NCBI GenBank assembly: GCA_028534125.1
Contig: CM052824.1
Location: forward strand, 1,116,001-1,180,000
DNA: 64,000 bases
Source: Lama glama
Lineage: Eukaryota
Direction: 5' to 3'
Positions 25,280 through 37,805 of the stretch are shown in pieces. Position 1 is the first letter of the stretch. Each line of letters opens with the position of its first letter. Position numbers and translations under genes: made by a program. Below the pieces are notes generated by a model. That model saw only the letters and a list, made by a program, of their open reading frames with translations. It did not search any database and was not told where the DNA came from.

Positions 25280-25500
25280 TTCATGAGTAAAAACAACCAA
25301 ACTAAAGTGCTGTCAAGGCTGGCGCGGCCTACTTCTCTGCTGGCAAGCTGCATAAATCATCAGCTGTGCAGGGACCGCTTCGCGGGCACGTGGCGCCCGT
25401 GTGCGCGCATGCGCGCTCGCGCAGCGTGGCCAAGCGTGTCGGGACGCGCGCGGCCACACCACGGGTTAATGCACTTGGTTTCAGGTTAGTTGAAACTCTG
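25280..25500. promoter_or_regulatory. CpG-dense micro-island; candidate enhancer/promoter (NRF1, E-box, PBX-HOX, MEIS, PAX motifs)
   Basis: About 22 CpGs in 25321-25465. Motifs: CACGTG 25387-25392; palindrome GCGCGCATGCGCGC 25403-25416 (NRF1-type); CATAAATCAT 25351-25360 (PBX-HOX type); CTGTCA ~25310 (MEIS/TGIF); CAGCTG 25361; GCCAAGCGTGTC 25429-25440. Confidence 0.7.
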
Positions 25501-26659
25501 ATAACAAACTCCAATACATTTTACCTCCGTCTCTCTTCCCCTTAATCTTTAAACCTCAGGCTGCTTTAAAGGGAAAATGTAATCCATATATGTCTGCCTC
25601 ATTTTCATTTAAATCGTCGAAAAAGTTGTTTTAAAAGAGTTCTTTGATGTCCTACACTCCCTTGAGCCTTTTTTTAGCCTATTTTCTTAAAAAACAGAAA
25701 TTAGCATTTTCCCAGGTAGAGAGGACCTCTCTAACTCTCTTCCTCCTCAAACACAACCCCCACCCCAGGTCTCAACTGGAAAAAAAAAAAAAAACGAAAA
25801 AAGAAAAACGTTTTGGAGTTACTGAGGGAGCGCTGGTAGAGAAAACAGCTTATCTGAGGATTGAAAAGCATTTACAAATATGAACTCTTAATGTGGGGCT
25901 CCACATAGAGGTTAATAATTAACATTTCTGCTCTTTGGGAACGCCATTCTAAACTGAGGATCTGCCCAAGAAAGTGCTGGGTCTCCCCACACCTGACTGG
26001 TGGCTGCATTCTGGAGGATTCAGAGACGTGGGTCTTAATGCAAGCAGCTCTTTTGCCTTATCATATTTTTGATAGAACTGCAGATATGCCTATGGGGAAC
26101 CCATATTTTTTGCCTTCCGGGTGGTACTTTACTTCTTTGCTTTGTGCCTAATGTGTATCGTTTCATTCTGGTTTTCACATTCAGGACAGAACTTCTTAAT
26201 CATTTTTAGATACACAAACGTAGGCATATTCCATCATACTGTGCACAGTATTATCCAAAGAGTCATCTATGTTTGGCTAAAACTCAAGGGTTCCCGCAGT
26301 GAAATCCTAACTTTAATCAGTGGAGAAATCTCAGAAAATTGTTTAGAAGAAATGCAGTTAGAGAAAGAGAGCAAATATGGTAGTCCCGGAATTCTTACTT
26401 TTTTGAAGACTTTTAACATAAGGGAGTTGTATTTCAAATATGCTTTCTTTCTCTTTCCTCGATACTATAGAAGCTTCCCATTTCAGATTACAGCCCATTA
26501 CCATCAGAGGGGCTGAATCTGTGATGGTGGCTTCTGTGAATCATCCCAAAGAAATCCATTGTCATCATACACCAAGTGACAAACCATTTAGGAATCTGGG
26601 TATAAGATTCCAACTCTGAAAGCTCAGACTCCATGGGGTGTCTCTATATTGTTTTTGAG

Positions 26660-27010
26660 ATGCAAGGCTGATACGTCAGCCTGTTTAGAAACTTCAGTGG
26701 CTGCTCGTTGAGTTTAGAATAAAGAGCAACATTTAGGACAGAGTCAACGCTCTCGCTGTGCCGCTGCCTGTGCTCCGTCTCCATGTGGGCGGTGTCAGGG
26801 CCACAGAGGATCCCCTCTCCTTCACTGGCATGTGCTTTCTTATCTCCGTGCCTTTGTGGGTGCTGATGCCTGTCCTAGGAGTGCTCCTTACTTTTTATGC
26901 CTGCTGGAATGTCCCCTTGTTCTTCAAGGCCTGCCTCAAAAGAGGTCCCCTCTGCATAGCTTCCCTTAGCTCCTTCAGGCAAGGTTATTATGATTTGTCT
27001 CTTTGCTGCT
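26660..27010 (+). mobile_element. L2 remnant
   Basis: 'aaacttcagtggctgctcgttgagtttagaataaag...ccgtgcctttgtgggtgctg...tgcctgctggaatgtccc...ttcaaggcctgcctcaaaagaggtcccctctgcatagcttccct'. Confidence 0.65.
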
Positions 27011-27197
27011 TGGCCTTTCCAACAACAGCTTTTGGAGGAGAGGCTCCTGGCATGGCACCTGGGAGAGTGATGTTCTGGGGATAGCCACCTGCACACATCC
27101 CCTACTCCCATCCAGAGCTGTAAGCCTCCAATGATGCCAAGAGGAAGCCAGCCAAACTGGGCTCTGGGTCCTCTAGCCTACTTCAGCCACAGCAGCT

Positions 27198-27243
27198 GAT
27201 GGACAGATGGATGGATGGATGGATGGGTGGATGGGTGAATGGT
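27198..27243 (+). repeat. (TGGA)n simple repeat
   Basis: 'gatggacagatggatggatggatggatgggtggatgggtgaatgg'. Confidence 0.9.
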
Positions 27244-30200
27244 TGATTAGGGTGCAAAATCTTAGAAATCAAGCTAATTGAACAACTCCACTAATATTTA
27301 TTAAGCACTTCTATAAAGTGTTTTGGTGAGGTCTAAAGAGATCTATAAGGAAGTAATTAATTCAATATTCATTTGAAGGAGTTTGGGATTAGGTAGTGAG
27401 TCAGGGCTTAAATACATTAAAAAATAACCAAGAATTCCAGAGCCAAGCAACAAGTCCCAAAGGCAACCTCTGAGGCTGAAGCAGTAGGTGCAGTTCTACA
27501 CTGAGGTAAGGAGGGCTAGTGGCTTTTTAAATCATGCCTTAAATAATACACTATTTTTAACATGCCAAGTACTTTTCCATAGATGACTATTGCCATGCCT
27601 TGAAGATATTCTTATGCATGCTTTAAGGAAACATTAAGTAAAATTATTATTATTATAATCATTATTGTTATAACAACAGCAATAAATAGATGACTTTTCA
27701 TAGCTAGAGAGCAGCAGAGCCAAGAAAGAGGAATTCGTGTCCGTCCACCAGAGGCAGGTCCAGGTTCAGGCACAATTAAGGTGGGCAAGTTTCTTGAAAA
27801 CAAAACAGAAGTACAAATACAAAATTAGAAAGTAAATGTTTATTTAGAATGATTAAAAAACCACAACATAATATTTTTTATTATGACATACATTGATGCT
27901 GCTTCTTTTTCTACACTCCTTTGGCCGTACTCTAATCAAACTTCCGGCCCTGGGGTTTGACCCCATATCCATCTGTCAGGACCAGAGTTACGGTAACCAG
28001 CCAGCCTGGTGCAGTTAGAAACAAAGCCACTAAGACCGTGATAAGAATTGGCCTCCACTTAAGCCACGTGCAAGTTTGGAAAGCCCTGAAATATTCGTTT
28101 ACGGCCTCACCTACTCCCTCCCTTAAAAGGCAGTCAGGTATGAGCACATTTTAAAACTGAAAACAAGTTTTTGTTTGAAGAGTCGTTGAACAGTCCTCGA
28201 GATAATCAGAAAGCCCCTGGTGCTGGGGTGATGGCGGGGAGAGGCCATCTTTTGCAGATCTGCCTAACTCTTCAGTTGGTGTTAACCAACAGTTTCTCCT
28301 TAATACCACTCACTATGTGCATCTCTAAATACGTACATGGTATGCAGACAGCGTGTCAACCGTATTTGGCGAGAGAATGAATGAAAGGGTGGCGAGACAG
28401 AGTTTCACACTGAGGAACGTCATCCAATCACCCAGGGTGGTTGTGCGGAAGCACCCATTCCTGTGGTCCAGGGAGGGAATACTGAGGATTCCCCGACAGA
28501 CAGCTGCTGGGAAGGGCTCCCCCACCATCACCCAAGTAGCCAGACAAGTTATACAGGGGACAGAAGCCGAGGTGGGTAATAGCAACAGTCAGTAAATGAG
28601 CAGGGGTTTCTAGGACGTGTATGCAATTCTCTTAATTTTAAAAGAAAAATTCTTCCTTTCATAGCCTAGGAGAAGGAGTGTTTGCTAAGTGGCCAGATAG
28701 TTCTGTTGATTTCATTGTAAATTTCTTGATCTTATGAGAAGGGATGCTCTGGCTCACATTTTGTGCCCTCCTTTTACTTTCTGGCTTTCATAGCTGTTTG
28801 TCAATCGGGGACATTTTTCATTAGCCCTGAAGAGTTGGTCATGTTGCTAACAGCCCTGGATACAGCCTCTTCTTCACTATCCAAAATAGAAGAAGGCATT
28901 CTGGAAGCAGTGGAGACAGAGGAGCGCTCTCTTTCCTTTCTCACTGTTGGTACTCACTACAGCCATGCACTTTGGAGTCTCAGCGTCAGCCCAGTTCTCT
29001 AGTGTTCGCACACGTACAGCATCCCCTGCTGACTTTGGTAATCACTTCCCAAATTACTCCACATGGAACCAGATTGGTTCCAATGCTTCTATAGTTCATT
29101 GAGTTTTTGGTCTTACATCTCTCCTTTTTTCCAGCCATGTAACTGCAGTTCTTCTGAGGCTCAGGACACCACTTTACGCCACGCAGTGGTCTCTTTCCAT
29201 AGAGCTTAGTAACTAAGCCTGCTCCATACCAAGACTTTTTGATCGTGGCTACCCTTTAGTGCACTTTTAATTCTTCTCCGGTATAAATTTCCTGTAATAT
29301 GATATTTGTGTGGGAGCCCAACCATAGGGTTGATATGCTCTGACCTTCGGGGTTCAAATCATTTGTGAAATCTGCTGCCTGGCCTTTTCACTTTCAGTTT
29401 TCCGTCATTACTTCCTTCCGTTATTTAGCTTCATTCACATCTGTGTTTGCTTATTGGGCACCCAAATATGTCACATTCAATGGCAAAAAAAAAAAAATAC
29501 ACAGACACACTATCATCTTCCTTTCTGAATTATCATGGGATATGATCCCTAAACAGACCTCAGAGTAGTCTGCAGAAAATGGTTATAAAAACAGAACAGT
29601 CAGGTATGGAGGGAAACTCAATAAACTGCTGAATGGACTAGGCTGGTCTGAGCACAAGGAGAGAAAGGGCATCATTAAGATCTTTCTTTTTCTTTGGTGC
29701 ATTTTCCATGCAGTGTTTTTATCACTTATCCCTCTAATCTTTGCTAGACAACATTTACTAGCCCTCAGTTTTCAGATTCTAAAGTGCTTTGCAGAGCCTT
29801 AAAACTCTCTTCAAACTTCATAGTTATGGGTCCATATCTGTCTTACTCCCTAAAATCTGTGCACTCCACAGAGAAGACAAAGAGATTGCTTTTTTTTTTT
29901 TTTACTGTTGTAAGCAGTTCTAGAAAGATAGCAGGTCCTCAGTGCATATTTGTTGGAGGTATAATGAATGAATCTCACTTTATTCTTTTCATTAGTCGTT
30001 AATCTGCAACATGGACCATTTCTGTTGCACTCATTCTTTGTCCTAGCTAGTTTTCTCTTCTTTTACTCTTAGACTTGCAGTGCTTTCTGACTCCACTGCA
30101 GTCTTGTCTTCTACACTCTTTTTCCTCTGTGTTGGCTTTGAACTTCAGAGGAACCGGGGTCTATTTTCCTCCCACTACGGTCTGCCTATCTGCAACTTTC

Positions 30201-30589
30201 AAACAGCTTGTTTTCCATAGTGAAGATGGATCTGGGTTTTTGGGGGCCTGGAATAGAATTAGGGGTGTCATTTTGAAAAAAAATTCAAAATTAGAATGCA
30301 TAATTGTAGATGGGCTCCTGGGGACAGGACGTTGGCCTCTGCCCACTGAACACTTTTCTGTCAGTTTCCCATAGACCAGGTCGATGATATTGTCTAACCA
30401 AGACACCAAGAATAATCCTGAAAGCAAAACACATTTAATTTAAAAAGATCATTTAACAGAATAATGAGATAAGAATTGTGTATAGGAAAGAGGGGTTGTG
30501 ATGATAGACAAGCAGAATTAGGATGAGAGGATAAATTTGAGAGTCAAGAATTTGGGTGCTAACATCAGTGTGGCTCATGAAAACCATCT

Positions 30590-30780
30590 ATAGTGTGGTT
30601 GTTAATAGCTTTTGACTTATAAAGGCTTGGGTTTTATTCTTTAGCTGTGTGACCTCAGGTAGATTACTTAACCTCTCTGTGCCACTGTTTATTTGTTAAA
30701 TACTTACTACGCAGGGTCTCTGTAATGTTCAGATTGGATAAAGTATTTAGTAGAGTGCTCAATTAACAGCAGTTGTTATA
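30590..30780 (+). mobile_element. MIR SINE
   Basis: 'tagtgtggttgttaatagcttttgact...ttagctgtgtgacctcaggtagattacttaacctctctgtgcc'. Confidence 0.75.
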
Positions 30781-32652
30781 GTTATGGTTTGTTTGGCCCA
30801 GAAGAAAAGGCTTTGTTACAGAATTGCAGAGGGAAAAAGCAGTATTAACTAAACAAGCTCCCAGTTTCCTCGGCGTTATCTTACCTTCCACACTATCCAA
30901 CCACCACCATCAGCCAGGAAGTGGTGAAAGCAGAAGGATTTCTAGCCCTTGAGGGCCCCATTTTGAATGTTTTGAAATGCTTGCATTCAGGAGCTGACTG
31001 CTGTCCCTGGTCAGTTCAAATGAGCCACAGCAGATTCGCTGGAGATGAAACATTGGCAGCACGTGGCAATTCTCGCTCAAAACAGCATCACCAAAATGAT
31101 GAGGGTTCACATTGTCCAAGTCATGATGAGCTTGCTCTGGGGGCCTTTCCACTGTTGGACACTTGGTTATTGATGCTCTGACTGTAAAGCTCAAGGAGAA
31201 GGCCTGGTCTGGTCCTGTGCTTCCTCCGGGGGGAACTGCAGAAGCTGGAGAGGCCCATTTTTCTAAGGCAGTTTGCCTCCAAGCTGTAGACCATATCATG
31301 ACTGTAACATGATAAACACTGGTGATTACCACCCCATATTTGCATCTAGCTTCATAAAGCAGAATGCACTCTGTGTAGCAAATCCAGCACCCTTGTTTAT
31401 TATTTCTTTGTGCAGCATAAAACAGAGATCTGAACAAATAATCTTCCCCTAATGTTTAATATTTAGGCTAGGCTCTGTTTTTTTGCTTTTAGACATGTTC
31501 AAAATGTTCAAAAGGCCTGCTAAACACTATTTCTTGTTCTTGAAATACAATATTTTGAGCTCTATTACTTCCACCTTCATCTGCCCCCCAGGTAATCTCA
31601 TAGTGTGCAGTAATTTAAAAGAAATACTGTTCCTAGGTGGCTTTCTTGTTCTAACTTAAGACCAAATTCTGGGCTGTTGTAAAGTTTTAAAAAGCCGCCC
31701 CAGAAATCTGAATACTTAGCCGTATTCAGCACATCGATTTTGTAACATTTTTTTCAAATACTAAACCCTAGGTAGCCCATCCCATCCATTTCTCTAAACA
31801 TTGGCTCAGCAACTCAAAAGGTTATTTTAAATGGCTAAGATGAAGCATGATTATATGAAACATTTCTCCCTATTTTGCTCAAACCCTGGAGGCTGGTTTG
31901 TTCCGACTCAGCTCCAGAAAATCAGTCTCAAGATCAAAACAGGCATGGACGTCTTCCAGGTAAAGATCTCACCCCGAGAGGGACAGTGTGTACTCAGGCT
32001 GGCCCAGAATTCTCTGACCTGTCACGAGCAGTTTTGGTGTTAAATTTTTGATGTGGTCCTAGGATCCACTAGATCTCTTATGTGTTGGTCCATAGTAAGC
32101 CTAGAAAGGACTTCTACAAATGGGAGTGGAATTTCTGAGCCTACTCCACACCTACTGTAGAACTGAACTCAGCAGGTCGTGGCAACAGACCGACGATAAC
32201 TCATCTCCTCGTTAATTATCACCATCACTTCAGGAGGACAGATTTCTTGCAGATTTCCTTTCAAGTTCCCATTTCCTTTACCTCTTCCATCCGTGTTACC
32301 CTCTATGAATCTTAAATTACAGCATGTCCTCAAAAATGTATCTGTCTTCAATGTTTATCTGCTTTTAATATATAACATTGAAAATTAAACGGAGCTGTTG
32401 ATATCATTTATCTGATGATCATAAAGAAAGGGATAAAAGGAAGTGGAGCTTTGGCCAGACGTGATACAGGATGAAGCGTTGTTAAGTTGCCCTTGGTTTT
32501 CGAGGGTGGGACTCCTTTTTCACGCTGGGTAGAAGCAGCTATCTTTAACATGCATGGCCAGCCACCAAGGCAAGGCATGATGGATGCCGTTTAAATGGAG
32601 ATGGTGTCTCCGCAAGAGCCAGTAAACTTTTTTTGGAAAGAAGTGTTCGTCG

Positions 32653-32840
32653 NNNNNNNNNNNNNNNNNNNNNNNNNNNNNNNNNNNNNNNNNNNNNNNN
32701 NNNNNNNNNNNNNNNNNNNNNNNNNNNNNNNNNNNNNNNNNNNNNNNNNNNNNNNNNNNNNNNNNNNNNNNNNNNNNNNNNNNNNNNNNNNNNNNNNNNN
32801 NNNNNNNNNNNNNNNNNNNNNNNNNNNNNNNNNNNNNNNN
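32653..32840. other. Assembly gap (N run)
   Basis: Run of N. Confidence 1.
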
Positions 32841-33969
32841 TACGAGAGCCTCCAGACTAGCTGTCGGGGTGACAGACACTCTGCCTTATCACTAGCTCCA
32901 TGTAGACCAACATATGGAAAAGCAAAAAAAGGATCTGCAGCCCAAACAGTGTGCTTCTGTTGCTTGTTTCGGAGTGTTCTGTTGGGCTGGTGCTCTAGCT
33001 GTCCCACTGATAATGTTTCTGGTCCTAAAAATGATGAAACCAAACACAAGTTAGAAAAGTATCCAAGAGGAACAAAGGAAAAATGTGGAAAATATCTGTT
33101 GTCTCAAATGATATATTTTCACTGGATTTCATTGAAAATGTTTGCGGATCTACAATATTTGAAATGTATGGCTCTCCCTCGGAAAGTTTAACTTTCAATA
33201 TAGGCAAGTTCCTCACTAAAGGACTTCAGGGGTGTCAGTGGGTGATAAGTTAACACAAACTGAGTGTTTTTAAGAATATACTCTGAGCATTTTCAGTATT
33301 TGACACTATGGTGTCTATGTTATTTGGTGCTATAGATTCTCTTCTATGTTTTTTCTCTCTTTCTGCACATTGGTCTCTGCCTCTTCTTTCAGGATGTAGA
33401 ACAGTCCTTCCTATAGCCCTGGACCCAAACTAGGCAGCCCTAATCCTGAGCCATTCCAGAGTTTGGCGCTCCATCCCGGGGTTTGGGCCATGTCCTATGT
33501 GTTCAGCAGAGGGCATCCAGGACAGACTCCACCCACAGAGAGCTCTTCAGAAAGCTATAGAGATTGACTGCCCTTATGAACATTTTAATTTGATCCTTTA
33601 AGATTCCATCCTATAAGTGCAGCTGCCTGCTGTCTGCATTGCACTTTTCTAAGCACTGTTTAAGTAAATGAAGATTATCTCTTTGGCAAAGACGCACCCT
33701 AACACTGACGCACCACTGCCCCCCAGCTCCACCGCGTGCCTTGCCCTGTTGCCTGAGTACATTCGCACAGGCAAGAGAGGTTCTGAGCACAGATGACCGG
33801 CTTTTGAGAAATCCAAGGGGGCCGAGATGACAGCCTCTAATACAAGTAGGCTTGGCAGAAAGGTATTAACTGTCCACAATGACAAGCATTTCCATGCGCA
33901 TGCTCTTCCCCTGCTGAGCTGTGACACTCTGACTCTACCCATTGTGGGAATCTCTGAAAGGCATCGTCC

Positions 33970-34330
33970 TTATGAACATTCTTTGAGTACTTAATATGCG
34001 GGAAGGTTATGAGAGGTGCTGGGCACCAAAAGGAGAAAAGACAAATCTCTCAGCCTCTAGGGACTCACAGTCTAGAGGAGAAAGAATTGAATCAAAAGAG
34101 CCAAGATGCAAAGAAAACCATGCTCAGTGCCACTTCAATGGTGGGAATAATGTCTGGCACACCATGTTAGGGAAGGAAGTAGTCCTTGGTCTGGGAATGA
34201 GGCTCCACACAGATGTGAATGTCTTGGAACAGACCATGAAGTCCCGGCGGGCAAGGACTTGGGTCCAATGCAGTGGACCCTGGTGGGGCTAGATTTCAAT
34301 AAGCTGAAAGCGATCAGATTTTTAAGTAGT
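33970..34330 (-). mobile_element. L2 remnant
   Basis: 'aacattctttgagtacttaatatgc...aaagacaaatctctcagcctctagggactcacagtctagagg'. Confidence 0.6.
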
Positions 34331-35838
34331 GGACTGTCTGCCAGTTGGAGTTGTATGCACTTTCTCGTGGAGGTCAGAAACGAGAACACAGAGGCGATCA
34401 GCCCTGCCTCGAAGCTTGTTAAGCTGAGCTGTGAGGGAGCCATGTATATGAGGCTGCTCAGGCCCTCATTCACACAGGAAAGCCTTGATAGATAAGAAAA
34501 AACACTGAGGCTGCAGGCTCCTGCTTTGAACTGTGCAGATGTGAGATGTGCAAAGAATGTTACAAGCCCCCTGCTTTGACACAGATAACAGAAACAGAGA
34601 GAAGACAGAGCCCTGGGTCGGAAGGCTGAGAGCCGGGAGGAAAGGCAGTGCCCCTACATTTCAACCAATGGAGGCTTCCAGCGTCCAGGGTCGGGGAGAG
34701 TTGGGGAGAAGAAGAATCCTTAAGAACTGTAGTTTCAGAGAAGGGAGAGGGTGCCTCCTGGTATAGAGAAAACCAGGAACCTTGGGAATCCGCTGGCCTT
34801 CCAGGAGAATCATTTTTGGTTGGAGGCTTCATACGCAGAAAGAGAATGTAAATTACGAACTCTCTGAACCGCCAACAACATCTCCAGCCGTTTCCATCCT
34901 GGCTGCAGCCTAATATACTCGTAAGCCCGTGGTGCCTGGTTGACCTGTGGGTTCTTAATAAAATTTGATTGCATTGAAATTGAGTTGCTAATCCCCCAGA
35001 AACTGACCCAGGGTTGACTCCACTCCTTCAGATTATACAAAAGGATTCAGTGTCCCCAGAATCGCACACATTTCCAGGTGAACCCAGGGGCCAGGGCATG
35101 TTGGTGTTTTGTGTCCATTTTGGGCAGCTCCTGCATTCTGGGAGATATAAATTCTTTAAGCTTTAGGTTTGTCTTCTAGCCCAAGTGTGATAGTGGAGTC
35201 TTTAGCAAAATTTTAGCTTGTCATTAAAAATGCCTTTCGTATCAGAATTTTCAAGGGCACTTATAGCTGAACAAAAAGAAAAGGCAAGCATAGGAATTAT
35301 TAAAATAAGCAATCATTCATTTGGAATACAAAAAGGAAATGCACCTCTTTCAGGGTGTTTCAAGAAATAAAAAAGTGCATTTTTGCTGATGGATTGCTAT
35401 TAAGGACACCTCTAAACCTATCAGCCATAAGAAGATTGCTTTGCCACTCTTTTTGTAAAGAGGGAAAATGAAATGAAGCTGGAAAATGTAAAACCTACAA
35501 TGTGTTTTCAATTGTAGATCATGACACTTTCATCCCGAAATTTGGGAAAGATAAGTTTTAATTACAGTAATAAGAACCACATGGGCAATGATTGATGTGA
35601 GCCTGATGTGTCCTATTCCTTTATTAATCTTTTTAATTAGAGGCAAAAGAATGTTTTATCTGCCGGGAAGGAGATGAGCTGGGCCATGACGCTCGGCTGC
35701 ACTTTGGGATGGAGAACCTGATTGCTCACCGAGGGTCCCTGTTAACCTGGGGCAGGAGGTGATGGACCCAAAGCTGGGAACATTTGTTTCCAGCTGGGAA
35801 TGGCTTGCTTATGTCTCTTGCTGCAAATCATCTGCATG

Positions 35839-35843
<5 letters not shown>

Positions 35844-35880
<37 letters not shown>

Positions 35881-35890
35881 TTCTTTCTTT
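35844..35890 (+). repeat. (CT)n + T-rich pyrimidine tract
   Basis: 'tctctctctctctctctctctctctctctttttttttttctttcttt'. Confidence 0.95.
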
Positions 35891-36277
35891 CTGTTGGATT
35901 GGTTTTCCTGGCATTGTTAAAACTGGAGAGTTAGGGGGAGAATTTAAATTGTTGCCACACCAGTGCTGGGCGTTCGCATCTGCCATGAAAGTAAGGAAGC
36001 AGAATAGCAACAGCCGACATCAGGGAGGCTGAGAAGGGAGCCCGCTCTGCTAGGAGCATGGCAGGAAGTGGACTGAGGCCACGGAAGCAAAAACCATGAG
36101 GTCAGCACTAACTGAGACTGCTGGCTGATAACAGAACTGAGAAAACAGAAAAACAGAGTTGCAGGGAATAATGAAAACTAAGCAAGCCATCAACATTTAC
36201 AAAGCATGATATACTGTCCACTTGAACTTGAAAGGTTGCTAGAGGTCAGTTCTTTGGGTTCTAGGGCACAGAATCAT

Positions 36278-36700
36278 GTATTCATTCAACAGATTCTTAT
36301 TGAAGTCTTACTGTGCATCAGACTTTGCCAGTCCCTGGGGATGATATTATTGGGATGATAACCCAGAAGAGTCATAATCTCATGAATAGTGTAAGTACAT
36401 ATGCAAATATGGAGACACCATAAAGAAATGACCTAGTTCCCTGGTGGTGGGGAGGTCAGGGTAGATAGAGTTGGACAGGGTAAGGAGCCCATGAACTGAC
36501 AGTTGAAGATGAGGAGTTTTCCGGGTACGTTTGGAGAAAAGTTGTCTTGGTAGAAAGAATAGCCTCTCAAAGATACAGGGCTATGAATCAGCATTTCCTA
36601 TTCAGAAAACTACACGTAGCTGGGTGTGGGTCTGGATTGGGGCACCATGAGGGTAGAGAGGCGGGTGGAAGCCAATCTGAAAAGGGACCACGTCGCATGT
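36278..36700 (-). mobile_element. L2 remnant
   Basis: 'gtattcattcaacagattcttattgaagtcttactgtgcatcagac...ggggaggtcaggg...gaactgacagttgaagatgaggagtttt'. Confidence 0.7.
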
Positions 36701-37307
36701 GTGATGGGAATCCAGGGAGGGAGCTTAAATAAGAAGGTGTTAGAGGGTGGGGGTAAGAGCACAAGCCATAGCATCAGAGAGACCCTGTTTAATCGCTCCA
36801 CCCACGTTGTGGCAGCGTGAGTGACACAGGCATGTATCTGAGTCCTCACTCCATCCAACATGCACTCCAAGCCTCAGTGTTCCTGTCCATAGAGAGAGGA
36901 TAATACCTTGGGGAGGTTTCATTGAAGAGACAACAATGAGGTATGTAAGTGTCCAGAAGGTAGGAAATGCTCAATACGTGTTACTTCCAGTTGCTTGTAT
37001 AATTCCTACTTTGACAGAGATTTGTTGCAAACAACTTCAATTTATAAAAGTTCATGCTATTTTTTTTCATAAGTCAGGGTGCTAGCCCCGTTCAGGGAAA
37101 AATCAACAGAGGTTCAATTCTAGATTTTCTAATGTGCTTAAGCAGTTTGCAAACAGCTAGCTTTTTCACAGCCTGCACATTACATGGACTGTAGTCAAAA
37201 CAGTTCAGCTTGATAAATACTGAAAAGAAAAAGAAGGCTTGAGGAGAGGAGTGAATTGTTAGGAGCTGTACTAAGAGAAGAGTGTCCATAACTATGGATG
37301 ATGACAA

Positions 37308-37805
37308 TGTTGCAGAAAAACGTGTTACAGCTCGGTGTTACAGCTCAGTTGTGACAGCAACCTGGATCCAGGCGAGAGACCAAGCAGCACTCGGAGAGTT
37401 GGAGAACTCAGGTATATTATGCTGATGGGCCCAGAGGAGTTAACACTCCAAGCTCTGGACCCTGTCTGTAGGTTTACACAGGCTTTTATAGGCTGCCAGT
37501 CTGGACTTTGCAACATCATATGCAAATAAGGTGTAACAAAGTTGACTAATCAGGAATGAGCTTTTTAGAAACAGACCAATCAGGATTGATTGAAATGGAC
37601 CAATCAGGAGTGATAGAAAGGGAGCAATCAGGAGTGAGCTCAGGGAACCAATAGAATCTTAGGGGTAAGCTCCACTTTCCTAGAAGGAAGCTGTTTTATA
37701 GAGGCAAAAAGCAAGATAATGCCGCCAGGCCAGGGAACCAGATGGTACTGGCAGGAAAGTAGTGTGGGTCCTGCAAGTCTTTTCATGTGGTTTCCCACCT
37801 CAACA
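37308..37805 (-). mobile_element. Solo ERV LTR (~498 bp, ERV1-like, probably lineage-specific)
   Basis: TGTTG...CAACA termini; flanks acaa/acat (4-bp TSD with 1 mismatch). Minus-strand TATA 'cctataaaagcc' (~37481-37492), degenerate polyA 'aatata' (~37414), octamer ATGCAAAT (37520-37527) and repeated CCAATCAGG units. Confidence 0.85.

Noticed and set aside
30910-31437. 175-aa minus-strand ORF
   Set aside because: Non-ATG start and no recognisable protein family. Treated as a chance ORF.
32520-33191. Long ORFs containing X runs (also at 9735 and 58317)
   Set aside because: Artefacts of reading through N gaps.
33572-33980. 13-bp direct repeat ccttatgaacatt about 400 bp apart, as a possible TSD
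   Set aside because: No polyA tail or element between the copies, and the second copy is part of an L2 tail. A match like this is expected by chance in a window of this size.
34855-34945. Minus-strand exon-like segment (cccacag|GTCAACC...GTTC|gtaatt; VNQAPRAYEYIRLQPGWKRLEMLL)
   Set aside because: Weak polypyrimidine tract and donor, peptide not recognised, and no partner exons found.
37540-37655. Regularly spaced short repeats resembling a CRISPR-like array
   Set aside because: These are ~10-bp CCAAT enhancer repeats in an LTR U3 region of a mammalian genome, with no cas genes and the wrong repeat/spacer sizes.
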